Below, in pieces: positions 62,765 to 64,000 of a DNA stretch of 64,000 bases. The notes below the pieces were generated by a model, which worked only from the letters and a program-made list of their open reading frames with translations, made no database searches and was not told the DNA's origin. The position numbers were made by a program, and so were the translations under genes. Positions within the stretch are counted from its first letter, which is position 1; the number at the start of each line of letters is the position of its first letter. Source of the stretch: an uncultured cyanobacterium (GTDB taxonomy: Bacteria > Cyanobacteriota > Cyanobacteriia > Pseudanabaenales > Pseudanabaenaceae); the NCBI GenBank assembly GCA_963703315.1, contig OY969811.1, positions 288,001-352,000 of the forward strand, given 5' to 3'.

Positions 62765-62907
62765 GATGGATGAGTTAATCTTTTTTGATTTTTGGATAGT
62801 TTTATATTATGCCTTTATATAGCGTTTCACAGTCTAGTGAAGTATGGGATTGTTTCCCTGCTAAAGGCGGGGAAACAATCCTCTGTACCTTGCGTGCTTG
62901 AAAAGCG

Positions 62908-64000
62908 CTATATAGGTGTCTCACTAAACTGCATATACAACTCTTTGAACGCAGTAATTACTTCAGGAGACAAGTTTTTTTCCCGATCGCTATAAAATTT
63001 TTGAAATTCAGTGATCGGATCAAAGCGATCGTAATCTTGCGGTTCGGGAACCTGCGCCGATGCATTGACGATTAACTTTGGTTCCACCATTACCGCTTGA
63101 GGGCAGACTTTTCGCACCCGATCCGCGAGTCCGATGGGCGGCGTATCTACAGCGATCGTAAATTTTAAATATCCCGCATAATCACGGTGTGCTTCCAAAT
63201 TTTCTTCTAAATCATTAAGATGACATTCCACGCGCTTTAGTGGCTTCTGACAAGTAAGTGGCTGAAACTGTACTTTTGCAGGTCTACCAGTTTCCACTTC
63301 AATTAAATTAAATCCTTTCTCTTCACCAACTTCCCCAAAATCTACTTGAATTAAAGAACCTGCGTAATAAGTCGGTGCAGCATTGGGAATTTGTTGTGGT
63401 CGATGGATATGACCTAACCCTACATATTGACATTCTGAAGGAATAGATTGCCCTGAAAGACTATAGACATCACCACTATAAAATGCGGCTTCAGAACCTG
63501 TAAACTTCGCTCCATCAATGGTCATGTGTGCCATCATCACATTCACAGCATCCGTTTTAAAGGCATTGGCGAGATTCTGAAGAACATAGGTAACTGTCGT
63601 TTTGTAATCATTACGCTGTTCTACAGCATCTTTACTCCACACATCCTCAGCCGCTAATAACTTCCGTTCTGAAGCAAAGGGCATCGCACCAACACAAAGC
63701 TTACCGCTAGCAGTTTCAAGATTGACAACGCCGCCTTCTTCCGCAATTCTGGGACGACCTAAGGCTCTCACCCCTGCTAGAGATAACAAATGCGCGAGGC
63801 TATCAATCCGATTGGCAGAATCATGATTTCCTGCGATCGCTATTGAGGGAATGCTTAACTGATTAAGTTTATAGAAAAAATCATAGGCAATTCGCTCTGC
63901 TTCAGTTGTGGGGTTTGGTATATCAAAAATATCACCTGACACCAAGACTGCATCAACTTCAAATTCCTTTGCATATTGGAGGATCTCATCTAGGGCTAAG
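62908..64000 (-). CDS. sbcD: Exonuclease SbcD, 5' end outside window
   Basis: SGDIFD, GNHDS, LGHIH, YAGSL..DFGE. Confidence 0.88.
   Translation of the reverse strand, partial: LALDEILQYAKEFEVDAVLVSGDIFDIPNPTTEAERIAYDFFYKLNQLSIPSIAIAGNHDSANRIDSLAHLLSLAGVRALGRPRIAEEGGVVNLETASGKLCVGAMPFASERKLLAAEDVWSKDAVEQRNDYKTTVTYVLQNLANAFKTDAVNVMMAHMTIDGAKFTGSEAAFYSGDVYSLSGQSIPSECQYVGLGHIHRPQQIPNAAPTYYAGSLIQVDFGEVGEEKGFNLIEVETGRPAKVQFQPLTCQKPLKRVECHLNDLEENLEAHRDYAGYLKFTIAVDTPPIGLADRVRKVCPQAVMVEPKLIVNASAQVPEPQDYDRFDPITEFQKFYSDREKNLSPEVITAFKELYMQFSETPI

Noticed and set aside
1..64000. High frequency of GCGATCGC
   Set aside because: HIP1, a well-known cyanobacterial feature; used only for taxonomic inference.

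Overview
This is a cyanobacterial chromosomal window: HIP1 GCGATCGC is very frequent, and psaD, hli, petP, flv3 and ccb1 are present. It looks Pseudanabaena-like, which is an inference. Most of it is housekeeping genes (cobA, lysA-cdaA-uppS, apt, rpsN, recG, tig-clpP-clpX, glgA, rqcH, alaS, panB, mnmG, dapL, sbcD). There are three accessory zones. (1) 15.7-21.1 kb holds an mcrC ... mcrB pair in reversed order, with two toxin-antitoxin pairs between them, next to an orphan 3' fragment of pepN. (2) 33.4-40.3 kb holds paired vWA proteins (one fused to OmpA) and two large hypothetical genes. (3) 55.1-61.5 kb holds a NACHT-GUN4 gene, an IS1634, an IS110 and a RAYT bracketed by REP cassettes. The clearest result is the IS110. 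Its ends, CT core, donor junction (ACAGTATCTTGTAT) and empty target can all be reconstructed. Its non-coding end encodes a predicted bridge RNA whose four guide segments match its own donor and the REP of the neighbouring RAYT module, where it has inserted. Most intergenic spaces carry long, near-perfect palindromes with a shared GC-NNN-GC apex and divergent arms. All assignments come from reading motifs; no database searches were run.
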